A DNA stretch of 63,939 nt, from contig CAIJNJ010000021.1 of NCBI GenBank assembly GCA_903821975.1, forward strand, positions 1-63,939, written 5' to 3'. Shown piece after piece: positions 29,769-40,029 of this stretch (position 1 is the stretch's first letter; the number at the start of each line of letters is the position of its first letter). Made by a program: the position numbers and the translations under genes. Source of the DNA: an uncultured Bacteroidota bacterium. GTDB lineage: Bacteria > Bacteroidota > Bacteroidia > Chitinophagales > Chitinophagaceae. A model generated the notes under the pieces. It saw nothing but the letters and a program-made list of their open reading frames with translations. It was not told the origin of the DNA and searched no databases.

Positions 29769-30062
29769 ATGAAAAGAGAAATGCCGCCGGTTCATCCGGG
29801 CGAAATATTGAAAAAGATGTACCTGGAACCATTAAAAATTGGTGTCACAGAGTTTAGCGCTATTTTAGGTGTTGGCCGCAGGACAATATCCCTGATCATT
29901 AACGGGCATTCGGGTGTGAGTGCTGAAATGGCTTTGCGTTTGTCAAAGGCCCTTAACACAACTCCTGAACTATGGCTGAATATGCAACGTGATTTTGATT
30001 TGTGGTATGCAGGTAAAAAGATCGAGCTTAAAGGAATCAGGCGTATAGTTACAGCGGCATAA
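29769..30062 (+). CDS. higA: HigA family antitoxin (orphan)
   Basis: PVHPGEIL, HTH, SAEMALRL, PELWLNMQ..FDLW. Confidence 0.92.
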   Translation: MKREMPPVHPGEILKKMYLEPLKIGVTEFSAILGVGRRTISLIINGHSGVSAEMALRLSKALNTTPELWLNMQRDFDLWYAGKKIELKGIRRIVTAA

Positions 30063-30065
30063 TTC

Positions 30066-31955
30066 CTAATTCGCCACCTTCAGCTTCTTGCCGATCTTTA
30101 TTTCATCGGCGTCTATATCATTCCACTTCAGTAGCTGGTTTACGGTGATCTTGTTTCTCTTGGCAATGGAGAACGCGGTATCACCTTTCTTCACTGTGTA
30201 ATACTTAGTACTTTTTGCAGCGGCTTGTGGCTGTTCTTCTACTTTTTTCTGCACAGGGGGTTGTTCGCTCTGTATTTTAGCTACCAGCTTGCTGTCATCG
30301 GCATAGACCACTCTGTCCAGTTCTGCCTTCAGGCGGGCAAACTCCTCATGTTTTGCGTCGGTTTCGTCTTCTGTAGGTGTTTCTTTTTTTACCGGAGCTA
30401 CCGTATCGGCTGATGCCCAATGCAGCGGAGCATTTTTATCGGCAGGCGCTTTTGTGGTCACAACCACTACCGGCGGCGGCGCCTGCACAACAGGAGTTGT
30501 TGGCGTTGGCTTAGGGAATGTTGGAGCCGGTTTAGCAGGAGGAATGGGTTTCTTTTGCGTTTTACTATCGGTCTGTGCTGTAGAATCCGTTGAGCGCATA
30601 AACTCAGCATCAGGTGCTGTAGTCGCCGGCTTTTTCAGCGCAATGTAGTCGCTGTCATGCATTGCCGCGGCTTTATCTTCGGGTGTAACTATTATTATGG
30701 AGTTGCTGGTATGTGCGGTTGTAGGCACTAATACTACAGCGGGTTTTTTGGCAGAAGGAAATTGCAATTGCAGCACAGCGCCTGTTACAGGGAGTTCATC
30801 AGCACTCAGCAGGTTCATGGAAGTGAGCTTCTTGAGCTGCATCCCTTCTTTTTGCGCGATGACCCACATAGTTTCACCATACTCCACGATATGTGTTTCA
30901 TGGGTACCGGAGCTTAGTTTCTTTTCCAGGTATATGTATGCATCTGCAGGCAGCGGTCCATCGGCAAGGTCATTTATTTCCAGCAGTTTTGAGTAGCGCA
31001 CATTATAGGTCATTGCATATTGCAACAGCATATCGCCCTTGTGTGCATAAAAAGCCTTGAGGCCGTTTACTTTCACAATGCCTGTGGTGTCTATGGGTGT
31101 TGGTATAACCGGGGTAGGGACAACAGTTTCCGTTTGTACAGCTAAGTTATGTGTAGTATCCGCCGTATTTTTTACTGTGTCCGTTGTTTTTGCAATTAAC
31201 GTATCCTGTGTCACTACCTGTTTCTTGCCCGTATCTGTTACGGGGGCAGCACTCAGTGGTTGTTCTTCAACTTCTTTTTTGCGATCAATAACAAACTTGG
31301 TGGTATCCTCTATTACATCTACAAGTTTGGGATTGGGTGTTGTGGGAGTCTGTTGTTTCGCAACCAGGGCCGCATTGCGGTTTTTGGAACTGTCCAGTGC
31401 TGCGTATGTATATTGCTGCAGATCAAAATCCTCAATTATTTTTATGAGCCGGGGCGCATATTGCGGATCAGTAGCATAGCCGCATCTTTTCAGTCCGCGG
31501 GCCCATGCAGCGTAATCCGTCATGGGAAGGGTGAATAAAGAAGAGTAGCGAGGATTTATTTTCAGGTGCTGTGAATGGTCCCTGTACGAATCCTCGGCGC
31601 ATTTATATTTTTTAAAACACTCATTCTCCGCATCATCAGTATGTAAAAAGGTCTCTCCTTCCCAGCCATTCTTACATTTAATGCCAAAATGGTTATTGGC
31701 CATGGTCATCAGCTCACTGTTGCCAGCCTCTGTTTCCAGTATGCCCTGCCCCAGTGTCACACATGCCGGTATACCGGATGTGCGCTGCTCGGTTATGGCC
31801 AGTTGGGAATACGTCTCAATATATTTTTTCGCACGCGCATTGTAGTCATCCTGCGCACTAACCCGTGCAGTAAAGCACACGAGCGAGGCTACAGATAATA
31901 GCAGGAATGTTTTTATTTGTTTGTTATATGACAATATGCGTAAATATAAATGCAA
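30066..31955 (-). CDS. GH73 glucosaminidase domain protein with LysM domains
   Basis: GQGILET, NNHFGIKC, GYATDP.Y, C-terminal LysM YTVKKGDT; start codon uncertain. Confidence 0.92.
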   Translation of the reverse strand: MHLYLRILSYNKQIKTFLLLSVASLVCFTARVSAQDDYNARAKKYIETYSQLAITEQRTSGIPACVTLGQGILETEAGNSELMTMANNHFGIKCKNGWEGETFLHTDDAENECFKKYKCAEDSYRDHSQHLKINPRYSSLFTLPMTDYAAWARGLKRCGYATDPQYAPRLIKIIEDFDLQQYTYAALDSSKNRNAALVAKQQTPTTPNPKLVDVIEDTTKFVIDRKKEVEEQPLSAAPVTDTGKKQVVTQDTLIAKTTDTVKNTADTTHNLAVQTETVVPTPVIPTPIDTTGIVKVNGLKAFYAHKGDMLLQYAMTYNVRYSKLLEINDLADGPLPADAYIYLEKKLSSGTHETHIVEYGETMWVIAQKEGMQLKKLTSMNLLSADELPVTGAVLQLQFPSAKKPAVVLVPTTAHTSNSIIIVTPEDKAAAMHDSDYIALKKPATTAPDAEFMRSTDSTAQTDSKTQKKPIPPAKPAPTFPKPTPTTPVVQAPPPVVVVTTKAPADKNAPLHWASADTVAPVKKETPTEDETDAKHEEFARLKAELDRVVYADDSKLVAKIQSEQPPVQKKVEEQPQAAAKSTKYYTVKKGDTAFSIAKRNKITVNQLLKWNDIDADEIKIGKKLKVAN

Positions 31956-32000
31956 AAATACGATAACAATATTTATCGGTAAGTTAAACTATACATTAGC

Positions 32001-32642
32001 CTACTCACTTATTTTCCTTGCGATCATTATCCCGTCCCTTAAAGGCACGATCATATGTTCTATCCGTTTATCTGCTTTTACTTTACTGTTGAAACTGTGT
32101 ATCGCCCGCGCGTTCTTGGTTTGCTGAGATGCGGGTAATACTACCTCGCCGTCGTAAAGCACGTTATCGGCAAGTATGTAGCCGCCTACCGGCACCTTAT
32201 CAAAAACAAGATCATAGTATAGTTCGTAGTTGCTCTTGTCCGCGTCTATGAATACCATGTCAAAGGTCTCATCGATCGAAGCGATAACCTCATCCGCTTT
32301 TCCTATGTGCTGTATTATTTTATCCCGCAAACCTGCCTCGGCAATATATCCCGATGCAATGTCCTGTAGTTCCTCGTCTATTTCAATAGTATGTAACTGT
32401 CCGCCCTGCTGCAGACCCTGTGCCAGGCATATAGCCGAGTAACCCGTAAAAGTACCTATCTCCAAAATACATTTCGGCCGTATCATCTGGCTCAGCATTT
32501 GCAGGAACTCCCCTTGTAAATGCCCGGACAACATTACCGCATCACCACGCTTCAGGTGGGTTTCCCTGTTCAGTGCCGCCAATATTGGCAGTTCAGGACT
32601 TGTATGTTTTTCCGCGTATTCGTCCAGCTTTTTCGATATCAT
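32001..32642 (-). CDS. O-methyltransferase (COMT/CCoAOMT-like)
   Basis: LEIGTFTGYS, FIDADK.NY, ADNVL, PLRDG. Confidence 0.93.
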   Translation of the reverse strand: MISKKLDEYAEKHTSPELPILAALNRETHLKRGDAVMLSGHLQGEFLQMLSQMIRPKCILEIGTFTGYSAICLAQGLQQGGQLHTIEIDEELQDIASGYIAEAGLRDKIIQHIGKADEVIASIDETFDMVFIDADKSNYELYYDLVFDKVPVGGYILADNVLYDGEVVLPASQQTKNARAIHSFNSKVKADKRIEHMIVPLRDGIMIARKISE

Positions 32643-32656
32643 GTATTTCCTGCCGT

Positions 32657-33352
32657 TTAGAAATTTGGTTGCAATTTGTTATGCGTGTAAAACTCCTTTA
32701 TATACGATACCACGTCCTCGGCTGTGTCAAATACCTTTATCATGTCCAGGTCGCCGGGGCTTATGTTGCCCTCGCCTACATACATAGATTCGCGCATCCA
32801 GTGAAACAAACCATTCCAGTAAGTAGACCCCACGCAGATCATTGGGGTCTGTGTAAATTTGCGTGTTTGTATCAGGGTGGCCACTTCAAAAAACTCGTCC
32901 ATAGTACCCCAGCCGCCCGGCATCATTATAAATCCCTGCGAATACTTTGTGAACATGACCTTGCGCACAAAAAAATAATCGAAGTTCATGAAGGTCTCCT
33001 TATCAATATAAGGGTTGCTCGACTGCTCGAAAGGGAGGTCTATATTTAAACCAACTGACCGGCCCTCAGCCATATTGGCGCCTTTATTTGCCGCTTCCAT
33101 GATACCTGGGCCACCACCGGTAATAATGCCAAAGCCTTCCTCGGCAAGGCGCTTGGCTATATCCACAGCCAGTTCATAATACTTATGCCCCGGTTTCGTA
33201 CGTGCCGATCCGAATATGGATACGCACGGGCCTATCTTGGCAAGTGTTTCAAACCCCTGCACAAACTCGGCCATAATTTTAAATATCTGCCAGCTGGAGT
33301 GGGCTTTCGTCTCCGTCCAGTCGCGCATTTTCAGTGCTTGTTGGTCGTTCAT
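32657..33352 (-). CDS. LOG family (TIGR00730) nucleotide phosphoribohydrolase
   Basis: IFGSAR, TGGGPGIMEA, FFVRK, PGGWGTMDE. Confidence 0.93.
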   Translation of the reverse strand: MNDQQALKMRDWTETKAHSSWQIFKIMAEFVQGFETLAKIGPCVSIFGSARTKPGHKYYELAVDIAKRLAEEGFGIITGGGPGIMEAANKGANMAEGRSVGLNIDLPFEQSSNPYIDKETFMNFDYFFVRKVMFTKYSQGFIMMPGGWGTMDEFFEVATLIQTRKFTQTPMICVGSTYWNGLFHWMRESMYVGEGNISPGDLDMIKVFDTAEDVVSYIKEFYTHNKLQPNF

Positions 33353-34823
33353 TTTCTGTTGTGGCCACGACTACGTTGCCGCCTTTTTTAGAACATAAAA
33401 ATAACAGTAAAAAAGTAAGGGTAGCGTTAATTATCAGTAATTCGGTACCTATAACATAGCCATTCAGCAATCGGCCTTCGTTATGCTTCAATATATAGCA
33501 GGCAATAGGTGCTGCTATGCAGATCACCGGCACCAGCTCATTGATCAGCTTTCTTTTGGTGAATATGCCGAATGCGAACAGCGCCAGCAACGGCCCGTAA
33601 GTATAACCGGCAACATCAAGCAAAGTGTCTATGAGCGAGCCGTTATCTATTTCCCGGAATAAAAAAACGAAGGCGAGAAAAACAAGCGCAAAGGCATTAT
33701 GCACAATAAGCCGGGTGCGTTTTTGCTGTTTTTCAGACATGTTTCTGTTTCTCCTGATACCAAGTATATCAATACAGAATGAAGAAGTAAGCGCCGTTAG
33801 CGCACCATCGGCACTGGGGAACACGGCAGATATAAGCCCTATGATAAAGCATACGGTGATATAAAAAGGCAGGCCGCTCTTTACCGCTATCATGGGGAAC
33901 AGGTCATCCTTGGCAGCCGGTATGCCTTTAGCTTCTGCGTAGAGATAAAGAAGGCCGCCGAGCAGCAGGAAAATAAAGTTGGCCAGCAGCAGCACAAAAC
34001 AAAAGCTGATCATATTTTTTTTCGAATCCTTCAGGTTACTGACACTGATATTTTTCTGCATCATTTCCTGGTCCAGCCCGGTCATACCTATGGTAATGAA
34101 TGCGCCGCCCAGTATTTGCTTTAAGAAAAAAGAAGGGCTGTTAATATCGGTTTGCAGTAACCGCGTATATCCCTTTTGCTGCATTGCGGCCCAGGTACTG
34201 CTCATATTCAGGTGCAGCGTATCCATGATGTACACCACGCATATCACCAGTGCCAGCAGCATAAAGGTGGTCTGGAGTGTATCGGTCCATACGATCGTCT
34301 TTACCCCGCCCCGGAATGTATACAGCAAGATCAATCCAAGAATGATCACCGCGGTTAATTCGAATGGGATACCCATATCCTGCAAAATGAATTTTTCGAG
34401 CACTTTGATAACGAGGTACAATCTGAGTGTGGCCCCCAGTGTTCGCGACAGGGTAAAAAATAATGCGCCCGTTTTATAAGACACCTTACCAAAACGTTTA
34501 TCTAAGTAGGTATATATAGAAGTCAGATTGAGCCGGTAATAAAGCGGCAGCAACACAAAGGCCACCACAAAATAGCCCAGCCAATAACCGATCACTACCT
34601 GGAAATACTGGAACCCGCTTGCACCCACTTTGCCCGGCACTGAAATAAACGTCATTCCGGAAAGGGAAGTACCTATCATTCCGAATGCCACCAGCCACCA
34701 TTTACTGTTACGGTTGCCTATAAAGAACGATTCATTATTGGAATGGCGGGATGTATAAAACGCTATGCCCAGTAATACTGAGAAATAAATTACGATGATA
34801 AACAGTAGAATAGCCGGGCTCAT
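33279..34823 (-). CDS. Sodium:solute symporter
   Basis: About 13 TM segments; SFFIGNR, YTFRGG.K..VWTD, GLDQEMMQK. Confidence 0.92.
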   Translation of the reverse strand: MSPAILLFIIVIYFSVLLGIAFYTSRHSNNESFFIGNRNSKWWLVAFGMIGTSLSGMTFISVPGKVGASGFQYFQVVIGYWLGYFVVAFVLLPLYYRLNLTSIYTYLDKRFGKVSYKTGALFFTLSRTLGATLRLYLVIKVLEKFILQDMGIPFELTAVIILGLILLYTFRGGVKTIVWTDTLQTTFMLLALVICVVYIMDTLHLNMSSTWAAMQQKGYTRLLQTDINSPSFFLKQILGGAFITIGMTGLDQEMMQKNISVSNLKDSKKNMISFCFVLLLANFIFLLLGGLLYLYAEAKGIPAAKDDLFPMIAVKSGLPFYITVCFIIGLISAVFPSADGALTALTSSFCIDILGIRRNRNMSEKQQKRTRLIVHNAFALVFLAFVFLFREIDNGSLIDTLLDVAGYTYGPLLALFAFGIFTKRKLINELVPVICIAAPIACYILKHNEGRLLNGYVIGTELLIINATLTFLLLFLCSKKGGNVVVATTENERPTSTENARLDGDESPLQLADI

Positions 34824-34833
34824 GTTGTAAAAT

Positions 34834-34869
34834 AAAAAGACTTTGCCAGATTAAGGTAAGGCAAAGTCT
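34834..34869 (-). terminator. Intrinsic terminator
   Basis: AGACTTTGCC/GGCAAAGTCT stem with a T tract on the minus strand. Confidence 0.6.
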
Positions 34870-34890
34870 GTAAATTATTGAAGTTTATGT

Positions 34891-35517
34891 TTATAGCCCC
34901 ACACCCAGTCCGAAGCGGAGATCAGGAGCGCCTTGCGGGTACGGACTGTATTGCCCCTGCAATACATCATATATAAGTTCGCCGTAAGCAGAAAGCCTGC
35001 CACCCAATGGTATTTTTAACCCAATGCCCAAAAGCAGGCACGTATTGGTAACGTTCAGCTTTTGCGTACCGAAATTACCATAGTTATCATAGCCCGGTTG
35101 TTTCACGTTGATAAAATCATACTCAACCGTAACATCTGTAAACAGGTTCCTGTAGAAAAAATAGCGGCCCCATATACTTGGGTAAACGATGTTCTCATAA
35201 GCGTATAGTGCGTGGTATGGATTGTTGGGGTCTACATATTCAGGCTCCTGGTAAAACTGGTATCCTAGTCCCACGCCTGCAGATATTCGATCTGTGAAAC
35301 GGTAACCAACTATCGGAGAAATACCTGCATTCACAAAACCATCTCCAAAACCGGCGCTGAGGCCGCCACCGATAATGAGCTTATCAGGGTCATACCCTTT
35401 TATTTTCTTCTTTGCCTTTTTTTGATAACCCGGCTTGCCGGAACTTGTATACACATCCTGTGCCGAAACGTAGGTAAAACCTAAACACAAGAATAAAACG
35501 ATCAGGATATTTTTCAT
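34891..35517 (-). CDS. Putative outer-membrane beta-barrel protein
   Basis: Signal peptide; alternating Gly/aromatic beta strands; C-terminal FGLGVGL. Confidence 0.75.
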   Translation of the reverse strand: MKNILIVLFLCLGFTYVSAQDVYTSSGKPGYQKKAKKKIKGYDPDKLIIGGGLSAGFGDGFVNAGISPIVGYRFTDRISAGVGLGYQFYQEPEYVDPNNPYHALYAYENIVYPSIWGRYFFYRNLFTDVTVEYDFINVKQPGYDNYGNFGTQKLNVTNTCLLLGIGLKIPLGGRLSAYGELIYDVLQGQYSPYPQGAPDLRFGLGVGL

Positions 35518-35580
35518 GGAGTCAAATTTTCCTTTACGAAGTTAGGATAATTTAATATTAAATGGCTCTTTGGCCCTATT

Positions 35581-36990
35581 TTAGGCATTCATTAGGATTT
35601 TACCGGGGTTTAAGATACCGTGGGGATCAAAAACCTGCTTTATTTGCCGCATCAGGTCCATCTGCACGGTGTTAAAAGCTATATCCATGTACTCTTTTTG
35701 TACCAGCCCTATACCATGCTCCCCCGATAAGGTACCACCCATACGAACCACTTCTTTAAACAGCCTGCGGATGCCTACCGGTAACTTTGTTTTCCAGTCC
35801 TCATCACTCATATCTCCTTTTACAATATTTACGTGCAGGTTACCATCGCCGGCATGTCCGTAGCAGACAGATTTAAATCCAAATTCTGTGCCAAGTTCTT
35901 TAATGATCTTCAACAGCTCCGGAAGTTCCGCCCTGGGCACTACCGTATCTTCTTCTTTGTATATGGAATTGCTTTTCACCGCTTCGCCCACTTTGCGGCG
36001 CAGGGTCCACAGCATTTGTTTCTGTTCGTGGGTGTCGGCAAATAATATTTCGTCAATGTCATATTGCTGCACAATCTGTGAAATGGCCTCTGCATCGCGG
36101 TATAGCTCTTCCATATGGTTGCCGTCTACCTCTATGAGCAAATGGGCCGCAATATCATCGGGCAGGTTTACACCAGTAGATTGCACATATCGCATGGACC
36201 ATTCGAGTGCATCACGTTCCATAAATTCCAGTGCAGAGGGTGTGTAACCGGCAAGGAAAATGGCGTTTACGGCGGCACATGCTTCCACTGCCGACCGGAA
36301 TGGCACTAATAATATCAGGTCGTGTTTTACTGCGGGTATGAGCCGTAATACGATCTTGGTAATAATACCCAACGTGCCTTCACTGCCCACTACCAGTTGG
36401 GTAAGGTTATACCCTGTAGCGTTCTTGAGCACATTGGCGCCTGTCCATATCACGTCACCGCTGGCTAACACCATTTCCAGGTTAAGTACATAATCTTTTA
36501 CCACGCCATACTTTACCGCCCTTGGCCCGCCGCTGTTCTCAGATACATTACCGCCAATAAAACACGAGCCCTTACTAGCGGGATCGGGCGGATAAAACAA
36601 TCCCTGTGCTTTAAGGTGTTCCTGCAGCTCTTGTGTAATGACGCCCGGCTCGGTGGTTACCTGGAAATTCCGCTTATCTACATCCAGTATTTTGTTGAAG
36701 CGCTTCATGTCAAGCACCGCCCCGCCGAAAACAGGCAATGCCCCGCCACTGAGGCCGGTACCGGCGCCGCGCGCGGTAACAGGTATCCTCTTTTCGTTGC
36801 AGTACTTCACTATGCGGCTTACCTCCTCAGTATTGCCGGGTTGCAGCACTATCTCCGGCAGGTAATGCAGGTCTTCGGTCTGGTCGCTGGCGCAACGGTC
36901 AAGGTTCTCTTTATCTGCCATCACATATTTTTCCTCAAGAATGGATTTGAAGAAAGAGATGTCGGCAGGTTGGATTTTATGAAAAAGCAT
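35581..36990 (-). CDS. FAD-linked oxidase (GlcD / D-lactate dehydrogenase-like)
   Basis: RGAGTGLSGG, YPPDP.S, GSEGTLG, GHAGDGNLH, SGEHGIG, LNPGK. Confidence 0.93.
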   Translation of the reverse strand: MLFHKIQPADISFFKSILEEKYVMADKENLDRCASDQTEDLHYLPEIVLQPGNTEEVSRIVKYCNEKRIPVTARGAGTGLSGGALPVFGGAVLDMKRFNKILDVDKRNFQVTTEPGVITQELQEHLKAQGLFYPPDPASKGSCFIGGNVSENSGGPRAVKYGVVKDYVLNLEMVLASGDVIWTGANVLKNATGYNLTQLVVGSEGTLGIITKIVLRLIPAVKHDLILLVPFRSAVEACAAVNAIFLAGYTPSALEFMERDALEWSMRYVQSTGVNLPDDIAAHLLIEVDGNHMEELYRDAEAISQIVQQYDIDEILFADTHEQKQMLWTLRRKVGEAVKSNSIYKEEDTVVPRAELPELLKIIKELGTEFGFKSVCYGHAGDGNLHVNIVKGDMSDEDWKTKLPVGIRRLFKEVVRMGGTLSGEHGIGLVQKEYMDIAFNTVQMDLMRQIKQVFDPHGILNPGKILMNA

Positions 36991-37016
36991 TTTAAAAATT
37001 CGTGTGTTAAGAAAAG

Positions 37017-37541
37017 CTACTCAATATCATTCTGTCTTTTAAAACCGATTCTTTTACGTGAGGACGGTTCTGTTTGTTGTTGTTCTTTATTAATTAAAAA
37101 ATTCAATGCCTCATAAACATCCCTGAATTGCTTATCGTATTTTGTTTCGATTTCTTTTAGTTTGTCAGTCAGGTCTTTGTGGGTAAGGGCATACTGCCGG
37201 ATAAAAACAAATGCTCTCATAATGGCAATGTTCACATTTATTGCTTTTTCACTTTTTAATACGCCACTAAGCATAGCTACTCCTTGTTCAGTAAAAGCAT
37301 AGGGTAAGTATTTCACACCACGGTGTTTTGACGAACTCATCACAAATTGTGATGAGTTATTCGTCAACTCTTTTTCAGTTAATTGGAACATAAAATCACC
37401 GGGGAATCGGGCAAGATTACGTTTAACAGCTTGATTTAAAATTCTTGTTTCAGTTTCATAAAGTTCTGCCAGATCAAAATCAAGCATTACTTTTTGTCCT
37501 CTAATCTCGTAAATTTTTTGCTGTATTACCTGAATTTTCAT
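37017..37541 (-). CDS. ORF6N domain DNA-binding protein
   Basis: IYEIRGQKVMLDFDLAELY, RFPGDFMFQLT, PYAFTEQGVAMLS, RKRIGF. Confidence 0.92.
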   Translation of the reverse strand: MKIQVIQQKIYEIRGQKVMLDFDLAELYETETRILNQAVKRNLARFPGDFMFQLTEKELTNNSSQFVMSSSKHRGVKYLPYAFTEQGVAMLSGVLKSEKAINVNIAIMRAFVFIRQYALTHKDLTDKLKEIETKYDKQFRDVYEALNFLINKEQQQTEPSSRKRIGFKRQNDIE

Positions 37542-37666
37542 ATATGTACACTACTTTATGCTTGTTGAAGCAGCTAATAAAATCACTAAAATCATCATTG
37601 AAAATATTACCCATTACCTTGTTCTTTTTGAAAAAGCAGTTCTGTCTAAACGAAATTTTTATCCAT
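37542..37666 (-). pseudogene. Remnant of a small-protein plus nucleotidyltransferase two-gene module
   Basis: Frameshifted MDK/FRLDRTAFSKRTR* overlaps by TAATG with MGNIFNDDFSDFISCFNKHKVVYI, which breaks off at the ORF6N start. Family recalled from memory. Confidence 0.5.
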
Positions 37667-37676
37667 TGTATTGTTT

Positions 37677-39134
37677 CTATAATTCTATACACACGTTCTT
37701 TGGCTCAGTAAAGAACCGCAATGCATCCCAACCGCCCTCGCGGCCTATACCGCTGTTCTTAAAGCCGCCGAATGGTGTACGCAGGTCGCGCAGCAGCCAG
37801 CAGTTTACCCAGATGATGCCGCTGTGCACTTGTGCAGCCACGCGGTTTGCACGGCTCACATCCTGCGTCCATATGGTGGCAGACAAGCCATAGTCGCTGG
37901 TATTGGCAAGCATCAGTGCTTCTTCTTCATTGCTGAAAGACTGTATTGTAACCACAGGGCCGAATATCTCTTCCATATTCGTACGGCAGTGCGGGCCAAG
38001 ACCTTCTATAATAGTGGGCTCTATAAACAAACCATTTGCACAGCGGCCGGTTAGCTTCACAGCGTTTCCACCCAGCAATATTTTACCGCCTTCCTGTTTT
38101 GCCAGTTCTATACAGCTAAGCACCTTATCATAATGCAGCTTGCTTACTACAGCGCCCTGCTTGGTATTTTCATCCAGCGGATCTCCGTTTATAAGTTTTT
38201 TGGCACGGGCTATAAATTCTGTTTTGAATTTCTCATAGATACTTTCTTCCACCAGTATACGGCTGCCGCAAAGGCATATCTGGCCCTGGTTGCTGAAAGA
38301 AGACTGCAGCGTGGTGCGCATCATCTTATCCCAGTCGCAATCTGCGAAAATGATATTAGGGTTCTTCCCGCCCAGCTCCAGCGATATTTTTTTGAACATG
38401 GGCGCGGCAGTTGCGGCAATGTCCCTGCCAGCGCGCGTGCTGCCTGTAAAGGATATGGCTTTGATATCGGGATGGGCAACGATAGCGGAACCACAGCCGG
38501 GCCCTGTGCCATGCAATATGTTCAGGACGCCGGGTGGCAAGCCTGCTTTTTGGCAGATTATGCTCAGCAGGTACGCTGTCATTGGCGTTACTTCACTGGG
38601 TTTGGCCACCACGCAATTACCCGCAGCAAGCGCAGGCGCTATTTTCCATGTAAAAAGGTAAAGTGGCAGGTTCCATGGAGAGATACAACCCACAACACCT
38701 ATGGGCTGGCGCAGGGTATAGTTGATCGCCTTATCTTCCATGTTATGGCTGTCCGTGCTGAAGTGCATGATGCCGGTTGCGAAAAACCTGAAATTGCTTG
38801 ATGCACGTGGGATGTCTACGCGCTTGCTAAGCCATAGCGGCTTGCCATTGTCATTTGTTTCTGCCAGTGCTAATGCATCAAGATTGTCGTCTATAAGCTG
38901 GGCTATATGGTTGAGTATTTTGAAACGCTCTTCTATGGGTGTAGTGCTCCACAGCGGGAAGGCCGCACGTGCCGCACCTATAGCTTCTTCCACATCTTTA
39001 ATATCACTATCGGGGGTTTGGCTGTATACCTCGCCGGTAGCAGGGTTAATGTTATCTATGTATTTCCCGTTTATAGGGGCCTGCAATGAGCCGGCAATAT
39101 AGTTGGCTATTTGCGATGGAGCAGTCAGATTCAT
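37677..39134 (-). CDS. Aldehyde dehydrogenase (2-aminomuconate / 2-hydroxymuconate semialdehyde dehydrogenase-like)
   Basis: PWNLPL, FTGST, LELGGKNP, NQGQICLCGSR, VNCWLLRDLRTPFGG. Confidence 0.92.
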   Translation of the reverse strand: MNLTAPSQIANYIAGSLQAPINGKYIDNINPATGEVYSQTPDSDIKDVEEAIGAARAAFPLWSTTPIEERFKILNHIAQLIDDNLDALALAETNDNGKPLWLSKRVDIPRASSNFRFFATGIMHFSTDSHNMEDKAINYTLRQPIGVVGCISPWNLPLYLFTWKIAPALAAGNCVVAKPSEVTPMTAYLLSIICQKAGLPPGVLNILHGTGPGCGSAIVAHPDIKAISFTGSTRAGRDIAATAAPMFKKISLELGGKNPNIIFADCDWDKMMRTTLQSSFSNQGQICLCGSRILVEESIYEKFKTEFIARAKKLINGDPLDENTKQGAVVSKLHYDKVLSCIELAKQEGGKILLGGNAVKLTGRCANGLFIEPTIIEGLGPHCRTNMEEIFGPVVTIQSFSNEEEALMLANTSDYGLSATIWTQDVSRANRVAAQVHSGIIWVNCWLLRDLRTPFGGFKNSGIGREGGWDALRFFTEPKNVCIEL

Positions 39135-39201
39135 TTTGCTAAATTACGCAATTTGAAAATACCTGTATTTCCCTTTTGGGTTTTGCCTTTTCCCTTTTGA
39201 A

Positions 39202-39951
39202 TTATAGTACTGTCCACCAGATATTCCTTGGTGCCATTTTGCCCCAGTCTTTAAAACTGGCCTGTACGGTTTCGTAAAGCTCTTTCTCGTTAACCTTCTT
39301 TCCCTTATCCGGCACCACAAAATCCGTTTCTTTAGGGGCGATCAGCTCCACTTTATCTGCCGTCCAGGTAGTGTGCAGGCGGGGTATAGCGAGTTCCAGG
39401 ATCATACCCGGCAGGCCGCCAAACATTTCAGGGCCGCCGCTTACTATGATGTCTTCTGTATAAAACGCCACCACATATACCGAATCACATATTTTAGCTA
39501 CAGCTTTGTGGCATTTAAAATTGGCGATCGTGCGTATCTCGTCCTTTACCGTCCATTCTATATTGCGCATGGTATCCTCCACAAAAAACTTCTGTTCAAA
39601 AACCTTTTTATTAGCCTTAACGGTTTTAGCGGTGAAATCGGTCATCACGATATTTGCTGTAGCAGGGCCGCCGCCAAACATTTTAAAGGCATTGTTGCCT
39701 TCTACTTCCTTGCCGGGTTTGTAAATACTACGTGACGTATCGAAAACGAGGTCAAAAAACGAAGAGTTGAACTTCGGTATCTTCGATTTCATTTGTTCCA
39801 GGAAGGGATTAGGCCCGTCTTCTTCCATCTCTTTCATTTGGGCGTAGATGTTCACCTTGCGCTCATACTCAATTTTCCCGGCCGTGGTAAACTGCGCATT
39901 TGCAGCCACTGCGCAAAGAATAATGCTTATCGTTAAAAAATGTCGTTTCAT
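39202..39951 (-). CDS. GLPGLI family protein
   Basis: GGPEMFGGLPGMILEL motif; signal peptide; lies downstream of a beta-barrel gene. Confidence 0.9.
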   Translation of the reverse strand: MKRHFLTISIILCAVAANAQFTTAGKIEYERKVNIYAQMKEMEEDGPNPFLEQMKSKIPKFNSSFFDLVFDTSRSIYKPGKEVEGNNAFKMFGGGPATANIVMTDFTAKTVKANKKVFEQKFFVEDTMRNIEWTVKDEIRTIANFKCHKAVAKICDSVYVVAFYTEDIIVSGGPEMFGGLPGMILELAIPRLHTTWTADKVELIAPKETDFVVPDKGKKVNEKELYETVQASFKDWGKMAPRNIWWTVL

Positions 39952-40029
39952 ACTATTATTTTTCTTTCATCTTTATAAACCAAGGCCATTTTGGAATTTG
40001 GTTTTTCCATTTTGGAATTTTTCACAAGT

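Noticed and set aside
37017-37541. Prophage, suggested by the ORF6N domain
   Set aside because: No integrase, structural or replication phage genes nearby; solo ORF6N genes are common in this phylum.
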